Source: an uncultured Bacilli bacterium (GTDB lineage: Bacteria > Bacillota_I > Bacilli_A > RF39 > UBA660). From it: DNA of 64,000 nucleotides. The notes beneath the pieces are model-generated. The model made no database searches. It was given only the letters and a program-made list of their open reading frames with translations, and was not told where the DNA came from. The position numbers were made by a program, and so were the translations under genes. The stretch lies in the NCBI GenBank assembly GCA_944371995.1, contig CALVYD010000004.1, positions 11,077 through 75,076 of the forward strand, in the 5' to 3' direction. Below, one piece after another: positions 48,565-58,459 of the stretch (position 1 is the first letter of the stretch; every line of letters starts with the position of its first letter).

Positions 48565-49187
48565 ACATTAATTTTAATTGTTTTTTCATGTTTTTCTATC
48601 AGACCTTTTTCTTCCATTCTTTTTAATTCTCTCATTAAATTTGATCTATCTACAAATAAATATTCTGCAATGGCTTTGTAGGATGTGGTTACTTTAAATA
48701 TATGATTGTCATTCATTCTCTGTTTTAAGAAAAATAATAATTTTTCTTCTACACTACGTTTGGATAATAGTTCTATTTTCTCATTTTGTTGTTTGTTATC
48801 TACTATTAATAAGTCGAATAATGTCATGACTAAATTGTTATGAAATGAACAGTTGATATTACAATTTTTTAATATGTTATAATAATCAATAAAAATTACT
48901 TCTGTTTCTTTATTACTGATAATGTAAATGTCATCTTCCGTATCTTGAAAAAATAAATTTGAAAATATGTCATTTTCTTTTAACTCTCTCATTATAGTTA
49001 CATTTCCTTCACTATCATTTTTAACAATATTAGCTTTTCCATAGGTTATAAAACCTATGTTTTTTTTTGTTGGAAAAGAACTTAATATAGTTTCTTTATT
49101 GTAAAATATTTTACGTTTGACATTGACACAGTTTGACAAATTCTTCTTAAATTCTGTTATTCTTGTTTCTTCTAGTGTTTTTGTCAT
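48561..49187 (-). CDS. Crp/Fnr family transcriptional regulator
   Basis: cNMP-binding-like N-domain; CNINCSFH motif; HTH IAEYLFVDRSNLMRELKRM...G.I. Confidence 0.9.
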   Translation of the reverse strand: MTKTLEETRITEFKKNLSNCVNVKRKIFYNKETILSSFPTKKNIGFITYGKANIVKNDSEGNVTIMRELKENDIFSNLFFQDTEDDIYIISNKETEVIFIDYYNILKNCNINCSFHNNLVMTLFDLLIVDNKQQNEKIELLSKRSVEEKLLFFLKQRMNDNHIFKVTTSYKAIAEYLFVDRSNLMRELKRMEEKGLIEKHEKTIKINV

Positions 49188-49229
49188 ATTTATCACCTCA
49201 ATATTTTTAATTTTAACAAAATTTATTTA

Positions 49230-49247
49230 TTGTTGCAAATGCAACAA
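49230..49247. promoter_or_regulatory. Palindromic operator, probable site for the adjacent Crp/Fnr protein
   Basis: TTGTTGCA-AA-TGCAACAA in the divergent intergenic region. Confidence 0.75.
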
Positions 49248-49305
49248 ATGTTTTTTCTTTTTGTAGAGTAGAATGGAATCTATAGAATAGGGAGATAGTA
49301 TATAT

Positions 49306-51438
49306 ATGACGAAAGATATTATGATTGTAAAAAGAAATGGTAATTTAGAAAAATTTGATCCAGAACGAGTAAAAAAAGCAGTTGTTGCTAGTGCTGAGAG
49401 AGTTATGGTTGATTTGACCGAGGATGCTTTAGAACAAATTGTTTCTAAAGTAAGGGAATTTTTAAGTACTCAGACTAGTAATCCTACGGTAGAACAAGTT
49501 CATAGCTGTTGTGAAGCGGCTTTAGAACAAATTAATCCTTTAGTTGCGAAAAGTTATAGAGAATATCGTGATTATAAAAAAGAAATTGTTCATATTTTAG
49601 ATAAAGTGTATAAGAAAGCACAAGTTATTACTTATATTGGTGATAAAGAATGTTCAAATATGGATAGTGCTTTAGTTACTACACAGAGATGTCTAATTTA
49701 TAATAGTTTAAATAAAGAACTTTATAAAAAATTTTTTTTGACAGCTAATGAAATAGAAGCTTGTAAAGATGGATATATTTATATTCATGATATGGCTTTT
49801 CGAAGAGATACTATGAATTGTTGTTTGTTTGATATGGCCAATGTTTTAAAAGATGGTTTTGAGATGAGTAATCTTTGGTATACTGAACCGAAAACATTAC
49901 AGACAGCTTTTAATGTTCTAGGAGATGTTATTATTAATACTACAGCCATGCAGTATGGTGGTTTTACGGTTCCAGAAGTTGATACTGTGTTAAAAAAATA
50001 TGCTAAGAAAAGTTATGATATGTATTATCAGGAGTATTTAGATATTAAGGGTGAAGAGTATAGAGAAGAAGCAGAGGAGTATGCTTGGAAGAAAACTATA
50101 CGTGAGTGTGAGCAAGGTTATCAAGGTGTTGAGTATAAACTTAATACTGTTAGTTCTAGTAGAGGTGACTATCCTTTTGTGACATTTACTTTTGGTGTAG
50201 ATACTGATAAGTACGCAGTAATGATTACAAAAACTATGTTGGATGTACATCGTAAAGGTCAAGGAAAGAAAGGATTTAGACGTCCTACATTATTTCCTAA
50301 ACTTGTATTTTTGTATGATAAAAAAGTTCATGGAGAAGGTGGATGTCTTCGTGATAGTTTTCTTACAGCTATTAAATGTAGTGAAAAAACAATGTACCCG
50401 GATTATTTGTCTTTAAGTGGAGAGGGATATGTTCCAGAAATGTATAAAAAGTATGGTAGAATTGTGTCTCCCATGGGATGCAGAGCATTTTTGTCACCAT
50501 GGTATGAGCATGGCGGAATGGAGCCAGTAGATAAAAATGATAAACCGGTTTTTATTGGTAGATTTAATATCGGGGCGGTTTCACTACATCTACCTATGAT
50601 TTTGGCAAAGGCTCGTGAAGAACAAAAAGATTTTTATGAAGTATTAGATTATTATTTAGAAATGATTCGCCATATTCATCTTAGAACTTATAGGTATCTT
50701 GCAAAACGTAAAGCATCTACGAATCCACTTGCATATTGTCAAGGTGGTTTTTATGGAGGACATTTAAAACCAGAGGAAGCAATTGAGCCTGTATTAAAAT
50801 CTTCTACTGCATCTTTTGGCATTACGGCTTTAAATGAGTTACAAGTTTTATATAATGGGAAAAGTATTGTAGAGGATGGACAATTTGCACTTGATGTTAT
50901 GAAATATATCAATAAGAAAATAACAGAGTTTAAGAATGAAGATCATATTTTATATGCAATTTATGGAACACCAGCTGAGAATTTGTGTGGCTTACAAATT
51001 AAACAGTTTCGTAAGAAATATGGAATTATTCCTGGCGTTAGTTCTCGTGAATATGTCTCTAATAGTTTTCATTGTGGTGTCTGGGAAGATATTACAGGAA
51101 TCGAGAAGCAAGATTTAGAAGAGAGATTCTGGGATTTATTTCGAGGTGGACGTATTCAATATGTTCGTTATAATTTAAGTTATAATACAAAAGCTATGGT
51201 TACTTATGTAGAAAGAGCTATGGAAAAGGGTTTTTATGAGGGTGTTAATTTGTCTTTATCTTATTGTAACCATTGTGGACATGAAGAATTAGATATGGAT
51301 GTGTGTCCAAAATGTGGTAGTACGGATCTTACTAAAATTGAGAGAATGAACGGCTATTTGTCTTATTCAAGAGTTCATGGAGATACGATGCTTAATAATG
51401 CTAAAATGGTGGAAATTTCTGAAAGGAAGTCTATGTAA
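49306..51438 (+). CDS. nrdD: Anaerobic (class III) ribonucleoside-triphosphate reductase, full length
   Basis: ATP cone, IHD..NCC, MGCR finger loop, TPAE, CxxC..CxxC, ERMNGYL glycyl-radical motif. Confidence 0.95.
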   Translation: MTKDIMIVKRNGNLEKFDPERVKKAVVASAERVMVDLTEDALEQIVSKVREFLSTQTSNPTVEQVHSCCEAALEQINPLVAKSYREYRDYKKEIVHILDKVYKKAQVITYIGDKECSNMDSALVTTQRCLIYNSLNKELYKKFFLTANEIEACKDGYIYIHDMAFRRDTMNCCLFDMANVLKDGFEMSNLWYTEPKTLQTAFNVLGDVIINTTAMQYGGFTVPEVDTVLKKYAKKSYDMYYQEYLDIKGEEYREEAEEYAWKKTIRECEQGYQGVEYKLNTVSSSRGDYPFVTFTFGVDTDKYAVMITKTMLDVHRKGQGKKGFRRPTLFPKLVFLYDKKVHGEGGCLRDSFLTAIKCSEKTMYPDYLSLSGEGYVPEMYKKYGRIVSPMGCRAFLSPWYEHGGMEPVDKNDKPVFIGRFNIGAVSLHLPMILAKAREEQKDFYEVLDYYLEMIRHIHLRTYRYLAKRKASTNPLAYCQGGFYGGHLKPEEAIEPVLKSSTASFGITALNELQVLYNGKSIVEDGQFALDVMKYINKKITEFKNEDHILYAIYGTPAENLCGLQIKQFRKKYGIIPGVSSREYVSNSFHCGVWEDITGIEKQDLEERFWDLFRGGRIQYVRYNLSYNTKAMVTYVERAMEKGFYEGVNLSLSYCNHCGHEELDMDVCPKCGSTDLTKIERMNGYLSYSRVHGDTMLNNAKMVEISERKSM

Positions 51439-51977
51439 TGAAGTATCATAATATTACAAAAGCGGATATGCTTAACGGGGAAGGGCTTCGTGTGGTACTC
51501 TGGGTTTCTGGTTGTTCTCACCATTGTCCTGGCTGTCAGAATGCAATTACCTGGGATCAAACAGAAGGGTTAGAGTTTGATAATACTGCTAAAGAAGAAA
51601 TTTTTGCTGAACTTGAAAAGGACTGGTGTAGTGGTCTTACACTATCTGGAGGTGATCCTTTATTTTATGGTAATCGATGTGATATTTCTAGTTTGGTTGT
51701 TGAAGTCAAAGAGAAATTTCCTAATAAAACAATATGGCTTTATACAGGGTATACCTGGGAAGAATTATTAGAACAGGTAACGTCTGATAATAATTTAGAT
51801 ACAATTTTGAAACATATTGATGTATTATTAGATGGAAGGTTTGTTTTGAAACTTGCTAGTTTAAAAATACATTATGTAGGAAGTAGTAATCAAAAAATTA
51901 TTGACGTTCCGAAAAGTTTAGCTAATCAAGAAAAAATATTATATATTGATAATAGTGAGGTTTTAGAAAGTGAATAG
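51438..51977 (+). CDS. nrdG: Anaerobic RNR activating protein
   Basis: NGEGLRVVLWVSGCSHHCPGCQN, GSSNQ. Confidence 0.95.
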   Translation: MKYHNITKADMLNGEGLRVVLWVSGCSHHCPGCQNAITWDQTEGLEFDNTAKEEIFAELEKDWCSGLTLSGGDPLFYGNRCDISSLVVEVKEKFPNKTIWLYTGYTWEELLEQVTSDNNLDTILKHIDVLLDGRFVLKLASLKIHYVGSSNQKIIDVPKSLANQEKILYIDNSEVLESE

Positions 51978-52392
51978 TATAGTAAATAAATTAAATAATG
52001 GTTATACTTTGTATTTTTCTTATGATAGAGATGAAAATGCTAGAGCTGGTTATTTAAAGAAAACTGATTATGGTATGATACCTAGTGCTTTGACAGGTGA
52101 GGCAGAATTTCCATATGTTTTAGATTTGGTAAAGCAGGGTCGTACTTTGCAACTTTGTCTTAGTGATGTTGGCTTTATGTTTACTGCTATGCTTGGCAAT
52201 GCGATATTAGAGGGACCTTATGGAGAAGAAGAGTGCCTTGATTAAACAATTGTTGTCAGTGATTCAAATATTATGTTAGTTTTAGAAAATAGAGAACATG
52301 TTAGTTATCAGAAGGCTTACCGATTGTATGGTAGTGATAAATATCGTGTTTATACAAAGAAATTTTTGGAGGGAAGTAAGTATGAGAAATAG
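51970..52392 (+). pseudogene. Hypothetical gene interrupted by an in-frame TAA at 52243-52245
   Basis: The same frame stays open for 48 further codons to TAG 52390-52392, overlapping the dut start. Confidence 0.55.
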
Positions 52393-52834
52393 AGGATTTG
52401 AAATAGTTAAAGGTTATGAAGATAAGGATATCCATATTCCAGTTAGAAAGACAAAACATTCTGCTGGATATGATGTGGAGGCTGCAGAAGATATTGTAAT
52501 ACCAAAGTATTATCCTGGTATTAAGCCGACATTAATTCCTACAGGGTTAAAAGCGTATTGTAGGGAGGATGAGTGCTTTTTATTATTAAATCGTAGTAGT
52601 GGCCCTAAAAAAGGGTTTGTGCTTGCTAATAGCGTTGGTTTAGTAGACTCTGACTATTATGGTAATCCTGATAATGATGGTCATTTTTACTTTGCTTATT
52701 TTAATTGTAGTGATCATGATATTAATGTAAAAAAAGGAGATGTTATTGGACAAGTAGTATTTCAGAAGTTTTTAGTTACGGATGACGATAGTGCAGTTGG
52801 AGAGAGACTAGGAGGGTTCGGGTCTACTGATTAA
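52382..52834 (+). CDS. dut: dUTP diphosphatase (trimeric)
   Basis: SAGYD, RSS, GLVDSDYY, IGQ and RLGGFGST motifs; start MRNRGFE after GGAGG. Confidence 0.93.
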   Translation: MRNRGFEIVKGYEDKDIHIPVRKTKHSAGYDVEAAEDIVIPKYYPGIKPTLIPTGLKAYCREDECFLLLNRSSGPKKGFVLANSVGLVDSDYYGNPDNDGHFYFAYFNCSDHDINVKKGDVIGQVVFQKFLVTDDDSAVGERLGGFGSTD

Positions 52835-53166
52835 AAATCTAAAAAAATTAAAAATATTTAAAAGCTATTTTTTTTAATTTTTAATTTTTTTTTGCAATTT
52901 TTTCTTGTAAAATGTTGAAAAATAAGGAAAATATTCGTTTTTAATATTTAATTTTTAACAAAAATATAAAAAATGATTTTAATAATTTTTAAAAAATGTC
53001 TATTGTTGTAAATTGTCGTAAATCGAACAAAAAACATTTTTTTACAAAATCTAGCTATATCAATACTTTTGAAAAAAGTGGTAAAATTTTCATGATATTG
53101 TCTATTGCATTTTAGAATTTTGCATTTTACAATTGATGTAGACATAGAGGTTTTGGAGGTAAATGT

Positions 53167-55497
53167 ATGGCAGATACAAATGAGTTAAATGAGATGTTAG
53201 AAGATGTTACAGTAATTAAGAGAAATGGTAAAAAAGTGGCTTTTGATGGAGCAAAAATCGCTTTGGCAATAAAAAAAGGGTTTGATAGTGTTGAAATTGA
53301 TGATGATGAATCTGAAAAGGAGAGAAAATATACTTCACAAGATATTCAAAAAGTATATCAAGCTGTTTTAAAAAAGATTGAACGTGATGCGAAAGAGAAA
53401 AATAATCGCTTTAAGATAGAAGAGATTCAAGATTATATTGAAGGAGAACTTTCTAGTAAAGGATATGATGATGTTTATAAATCATTTTCTGAGTATCGTG
53501 AAAGAAGAAATCAGTCAAGAGAGAGTTTCTTTGGAGATAATAAGACTCATAAGTTTTTAAAATCTTTAGAAAATTTAGGTTTAAAATCAGCTAATGAAGA
53601 AGATGCGAAACGAGAAAATGCTAATATTGATGGAAATAGTCCCATGGGAACCATGCTACAGTATGGAGCAACAGTTTCTAAAGAGTTTGCAAAAGCATAT
53701 TTAATGAAGAAAGAGTATGCTGAACTTCATGATAATGGTACTATTCATATTCATGATATGGATTTTCTAGCCATGGGAACTACTACTTGTTGTCAAATTG
53801 ATTTATCAAAATTGTTTAAAAATGGATTTGATACTGGACATGGTTATGTTCGCCCTCCACAAGATATTTCAACATATGCATCCCTTGCTTGTATTGTTAT
53901 TCAAGCAAATCAAAATGATCAACATGGTGGACAAGCGATACCAGCTTTGGATTATTATTTAGCACCAGGTGTTCTTAAAACTTTTAAAAAACAATTTAAG
54001 CAGACAATTTATGATTTCCTTGATTTAGAGGGATTTATTCCAATTATTAATATTGACAGAATTATTCGTGAGATTGATAAGCTAGAATCTATTGAGGTAA
54101 AGGTAGAAGAGTTTAGTGATTATAGTAAAGGCTCAAGTCGAATTCATGAAATTTTTGAAAAGAGTTATGAAAAAGCGTTACAAAAGACTGATCGTGCTAC
54201 ACAACAAGCAATGGAAGCATTTATTCATAATTTAAATACTATGCATTCTAGAGCAGGTGCTCAGGTTCCATTTTCTTCTGTTAATTTTGGAACAGATACT
54301 TCTCCTGAAGGTAGAATGGTAATAAAGAATTTCTTACTTTCTGCTGATCGTGGACTTGGAAAAGGTGAAACACCAATCTTTCCAGTATCTATATTTAAGG
54401 TAAAAGAAGGAGTTAATTATAATAAAGAAGATCCAAATTACGATTTATTTAGATTAGCTTGTCAGGTTTCTGCAAAAAGACTTTTCCCTAACTTTGCCTT
54501 TATTGATGCTCCATTTAATAAACAATATTATAAAGAAGGAGATTTTAATACAGAAATTGCTTATATGGGATGTCGTACTAGAGTTATCGGCGATGTTACT
54601 TCTCCAGATAATGAAGTGGTTACAGGACGTGGAAATTTATCTTTTACGACGATTAATTTACCAAGACTTGGAATTAAATATGGTATTTGTTTGAAAGAAA
54701 GAGAAAAACCAGATATGAAAGGTTTTTATCAAGAACTTGGGGAAGTAATGGATATTGTTCGTGATCAGTTACTAGAACGTTTTGAAGTACAATGTAGTAA
54801 ACATAATTATAATTTTCCATTTTTACTTGGACAAGGTGTTTGGACGAACGGAGAAAAGTTAAAACCATCTGATCGTCTTCGTAAAGTTTGGAAACACGGA
54901 TCTTTATCTACTGGATTTATTGGTCTTGCTGAGTGTCTAAAAGCCTTAACTGGTAAACATCATGGTGAAAGTGAAGAAAGTCAAAAATTAGGGTTAGAAA
55001 TTATTAAGTTTATGCGTGATCGTTGTGATGAGAACTCTAAAAAATATAATTTGAATTTTACTTGTTTAGCAACACCAGCAGAAGGATTATCTGGTAGATT
55101 TACTAGAATTGATAGAGCTATTTATGGAAAAATTAAAGGTGTTACAGATAGAGAATATTATACAAATTCTTTCCATATACCAGTTTATTATCATATTAGT
55201 ATTACTGATAAAATTGAGAAAGAAGCTCCATATCATGAATTTACTAATGGAGGTCATATTTCTTATATTGAATTAGATGGTGATACTGCTTCTAATGTTG
55301 ATGCTTTTGAAAGAGTTATTCGTGTGATGAAAGAAGCTGGTATAGGATACGGGGCAATTAATCATCCAGTGGATCGTGATCCTGTTTGTGGATATGTTGG
55401 TGTGATTAATGATGTATGTCCTAAATGTGGACGTCGTGAATTTGAGGGCGTTCCGATTGAACAGATTACATCTATTGATAATAATTGTTGTGAATAG
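53167..55497 (+). CDS. nrdD: Class III RNR catalytic subunit lacking the C-terminal glycyl-radical domain
   Basis: ATP cone, IHD..TTCC, MGCRT, TPAEG, YYTNSFH, DPVC..CPKC; ends ..DNNCCE with no RxxGY. Confidence 0.93.
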   Translation: MADTNELNEMLEDVTVIKRNGKKVAFDGAKIALAIKKGFDSVEIDDDESEKERKYTSQDIQKVYQAVLKKIERDAKEKNNRFKIEEIQDYIEGELSSKGYDDVYKSFSEYRERRNQSRESFFGDNKTHKFLKSLENLGLKSANEEDAKRENANIDGNSPMGTMLQYGATVSKEFAKAYLMKKEYAELHDNGTIHIHDMDFLAMGTTTCCQIDLSKLFKNGFDTGHGYVRPPQDISTYASLACIVIQANQNDQHGGQAIPALDYYLAPGVLKTFKKQFKQTIYDFLDLEGFIPIINIDRIIREIDKLESIEVKVEEFSDYSKGSSRIHEIFEKSYEKALQKTDRATQQAMEAFIHNLNTMHSRAGAQVPFSSVNFGTDTSPEGRMVIKNFLLSADRGLGKGETPIFPVSIFKVKEGVNYNKEDPNYDLFRLACQVSAKRLFPNFAFIDAPFNKQYYKEGDFNTEIAYMGCRTRVIGDVTSPDNEVVTGRGNLSFTTINLPRLGIKYGICLKEREKPDMKGFYQELGEVMDIVRDQLLERFEVQCSKHNYNFPFLLGQGVWTNGEKLKPSDRLRKVWKHGSLSTGFIGLAECLKALTGKHHGESEESQKLGLEIIKFMRDRCDENSKKYNLNFTCLATPAEGLSGRFTRIDRAIYGKIKGVTDREYYTNSFHIPVYYHISITDKIEKEAPYHEFTNGGHISYIELDGDTASNVDAFERVIRVMKEAGIGYGAINHPVDRDPVCGYVGVINDVCPKCGRREFEGVPIEQITSIDNNCCE

Positions 55498-55535
55498 TTA
55501 TATATATATAATAAAGAAAAGAGGAGTGAAATATT

Positions 55536-55700
55536 ATGGAAAAAATTATTGGTGAAGGACAAAAGTTTGAAAGAATTAGACGAGTTACTGGATATTTAGC
55601 TGGAGATGTTTCTAGATTTAATAATGGTAAACGTGCAGAAGAAAGAGATCGTGTAAAACATTCTGGATTAAAAGAAATTATGTCTAAAGAAGGTAAGTAA
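55536..55700 (+). CDS. Stand-alone NrdD glycyl-radical domain, 54 aa (not in ORF track)
   Basis: MEKIIGEGQKFERIRRVTGYLAGDVSRFNNGKRAEERDRVKH...; own GAGGAG RBS; stop lies 1 nt before the nrdG ATG. Confidence 0.92.
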   Translation: MEKIIGEGQKFERIRRVTGYLAGDVSRFNNGKRAEERDRVKHSGLKEIMSKEGK

Positions 55701-55701
55701 T

Positions 55702-56253
55702 ATGAAAATAAGATTGGCTGCCTATCTACAACCAGACTCTATTGTAGATGGTGAGGGTATTCGAACTGTTCTATGGACGCAAGGATGTCCTCATCATTGT
55801 CCTGGATGTCATAATCCTGATACTCATGATTTTGAAGGCGGGGCGTTGATAGATGTAGATGAAGTTATATCAGAACTTAAAAAGATTAAAAATCAAGATG
55901 GAATTACTTTGTCTGGTGGAGATCCAGTATGTCAGGCAGATGCTTGCTACGAAATTAGTAAAGCAGCTCATGCACAGGGACTTAATGTATGGTGTTATAC
56001 TGGTTTTACGTATGAGCAAATGTTATTAAATCCGAAAGCAAGGCGTTTACTTGAACAAATTGATGTTTTAGTAGATGGTAAGTTTATTTTGGAAGAGAAA
56101 AGTTATGATCTTTATTTTAGAGGATCTAGAAATCAAAGAATTATTGATGTTGCTAAAAGTTTAGAACAGCAACGAGTAGTTCTTATTGATAAATATATGC
56201 AAGATAAAAATTATCAGATAAGTTATAAAAAACCAGATTATTTATTTATTTAA
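55702..56253 (+). CDS. nrdG: Anaerobic RNR activating protein, second copy
   Basis: DSIVDGEGIR..QGCPHHCPGCHNP, FRGSRNQR. Confidence 0.95.
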   Translation: MKIRLAAYLQPDSIVDGEGIRTVLWTQGCPHHCPGCHNPDTHDFEGGALIDVDEVISELKKIKNQDGITLSGGDPVCQADACYEISKAAHAQGLNVWCYTGFTYEQMLLNPKARRLLEQIDVLVDGKFILEEKSYDLYFRGSRNQRIIDVAKSLEQQRVVLIDKYMQDKNYQISYKKPDYLFI

Positions 56254-56317
56254 TTAATTAATCTGGTTTTTGATTTGACAAAATAGTAAAGATGAGTGTA
56301 CAATCTATATATAGGAT

Positions 56318-56815
56318 ATGGAAATAGATATTGATAAAGAGGTGGAAAGAATGAAAAAATCTAATAGTAAATTCAAGGGGAAAGTTGGTTTTATTATCGT
56401 ATTACTTGCAGTTATTCTGATTGCGGTAGGTTTGGTACTAGTTTTTTTACCAGATAAGGAAGAAGCTAAGTCCAATAAAACAATTACTAATGATAGTGAA
56501 GAATTAAAAAAACTTCATTGTTTAGACGGTTTATGTGTTGAAAAAATGGATATTTCTTATAATGAGGGAGAAGGAGTAGGTTCTATACTTTTCTATATTC
56601 AAAATACTGGTGAAGTAGATGTTCCTGCTGGCTTTTTAAAGGTTGTTTTTGATAACAGTAATCAAAAAGAATTTATTTTACGTTATGTAGATTTCTTACC
56701 AGGGGATACTCAGTCTATAGAAATTGAATTTACAGAAAAAGATATTACTGAAACTACTGATTATGAATTACAATATTTAACAGAAGAAGAGTTACAAACT
56801 GTTACTTCTTACTAG
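56318..56815 (+). CDS. Hypothetical membrane-anchored protein
   Basis: Single TM; Ig-like beta pattern; TTGACA-18nt-TACAAT promoter at 56275-56304. Confidence 0.65.
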   Translation: MEIDIDKEVERMKKSNSKFKGKVGFIIVLLAVILIAVGLVLVFLPDKEEAKSNKTITNDSEELKKLHCLDGLCVEKMDISYNEGEGVGSILFYIQNTGEVDVPAGFLKVVFDNSNQKEFILRYVDFLPGDTQSIEIEFTEKDITETTDYELQYLTEEELQTVTSY

Positions 56816-56855
56816 TTTTTGAAAGTGTAATTTAAACAGAAAGGGTGTATAACCA

Positions 56856-57554
56856 ATGTTGTCTAGAAAAAGATTAAATAATCATGGTTTTACCATGGTT
56901 GAATTATTGGTTACCATTGTTATTTTAGGTGTTTTAATGGGTGCTGCTATTGGAGCGGTATCATGGATTTTAGATGATGCAGAAGATAATTATTATGAAA
57001 CATTAGAGAAAAATGTTGCCATGGGAGCTGAAAGCTATTATGCAGACCATAGAGGGTCTTTACCAAAATCTGTTGGTCAAAGCAGGACAATATTGATTAA
57101 GACTTTGGTAGAGCAAGGATATCTTCCTGATGTTGTTGATCGTTCAAAAAAAGACTGTTCTCAATCTGAAAATAGTTATGTAAAAGTAACTAAAAGTTCT
57201 AAATCTAATTATAAGTATGATGTTTATTTAGATTGTCCTTCCTATCAAACTACAGATAATACTGTTGCTAAAACGGTTAATATTAATGTTACTTTTAATG
57301 CCGGTACTAATCCTTCAGCAACTATTAATGTTAGTACTTCTAGTGATAATCAGATAGCAAGTTATCAATATTATATTCTTCAGAATGAACAACAGGTATA
57401 TATGTCTGAATCTATTACTGTTGGAAATTTGTCAAGTGTTAGTAGAAATGTTGATTTAACTAGTTATGCTCCTGGAACTATAAAAATTGTCGTTACTGCT
57501 TATGATGTTCAGGGAACTTCTAAAACTGTAACGAAAGAACAAACTTTGTCTTAA
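56856..57554 (+). CDS. Type IV pilin/pseudopilin-like protein
   Basis: Class III signal G|FTMVELLVTIVILG; Cys pair. Confidence 0.85.
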   Translation: MLSRKRLNNHGFTMVELLVTIVILGVLMGAAIGAVSWILDDAEDNYYETLEKNVAMGAESYYADHRGSLPKSVGQSRTILIKTLVEQGYLPDVVDRSKKDCSQSENSYVKVTKSSKSNYKYDVYLDCPSYQTTDNTVAKTVNINVTFNAGTNPSATINVSTSSDNQIASYQYYILQNEQQVYMSESITVGNLSSVSRNVDLTSYAPGTIKIVVTAYDVQGTSKTVTKEQTLS

Positions 57555-57691
57555 TATCATTATATTAATCGAGTAATAATTAGAAGAGTTTGACTAAATA
57601 TTTTAATTTTTAGTTTCTATTATAGGATAAAATGGAAATAAGTATTTTCCATTTTTTTCTTTTATGGTATTATTATACTAGAGGTAAGTAT

Positions 57692-58408
57692 ATGAAGATA
57701 CAAAGAATTAAACCAAGTGTGAGAAATCATATTCATCAAAAATGGTATGAAAAAAGATTAGTTTTTAAGAGTTTTATTTGTTTAATATATCTAATTGTTA
57801 TTACTATTTTGATTGTTTGTATTTATCAACTATATAATGAGAAAAAAGAAGTCCTTCCATGGAATCAAGTAGAGTCTGTTGATGATTACAGTTATATTAC
57901 TATTTCTAGAATGAGTGAGAAATTCGCATATTATCAAGATTCTAATAAGGAAATCCACTTTGTTATCGAACAAGAAGATACTGGTCTTTGGCATACTTAT
58001 TTGATTGCTATTAATGCTGAGGATTATGATAAGTATAAAGCTATTATTGATTATACTTATGAGCGTACTACTGAAGTTCCTGAGCCAGTCAAAGTGTATG
58101 GTTATCCGGTTGTTATTGATGATAAATTAAAAGAATTGGCTATTCAAAATATCACTAACTTTGTTCCGGCTGAAAATGAAGTAGTTATTACCAGTGATAA
58201 TTTTAATACTTATTTAACTAATAGTTATTTAGATACGACTATTCCTCGTAGAGAAGAGTTTAGTATTGTACTTTGTATTGTAATTATTATTTTACTTATT
58301 GTTTTATTTTTATTTATTATTACTTTATTTGATAGAGATAAAATTGTATATCAAAAAGTAGAAGATGCTTATCATAAAAAGAAAAAATTATTTTCTGTTC
58401 AGAAGTAG
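57692..58408 (+). CDS. Hypothetical membrane protein (2 TM)
   Basis: N- and C-terminal TM helices flanking a soluble domain. Confidence 0.65.
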   Translation: MKIQRIKPSVRNHIHQKWYEKRLVFKSFICLIYLIVITILIVCIYQLYNEKKEVLPWNQVESVDDYSYITISRMSEKFAYYQDSNKEIHFVIEQEDTGLWHTYLIAINAEDYDKYKAIIDYTYERTTEVPEPVKVYGYPVVIDDKLKELAIQNITNFVPAENEVVITSDNFNTYLTNSYLDTTIPRREEFSIVLCIVIIILLIVLFLFIITLFDRDKIVYQKVEDAYHKKKKLFSVQK

Positions 58409-58459
58409 TTATTTGATAAAATACTTGTTTTCATATATACTAATATAGAAGGTGATATT

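Noticed and set aside
49306-52834. nrdD-nrdG-dut as part of a prophage
   Set aside because: No integrase, structural, terminase or lysis genes in the window
52835-53166. Long AT-rich intergenic region as oriC or ncRNA
   Set aside because: No TTATCCACA DnaA boxes, no change in gene orientation, only A/T inverted runs; best read as a terminator plus the nrdD promoter
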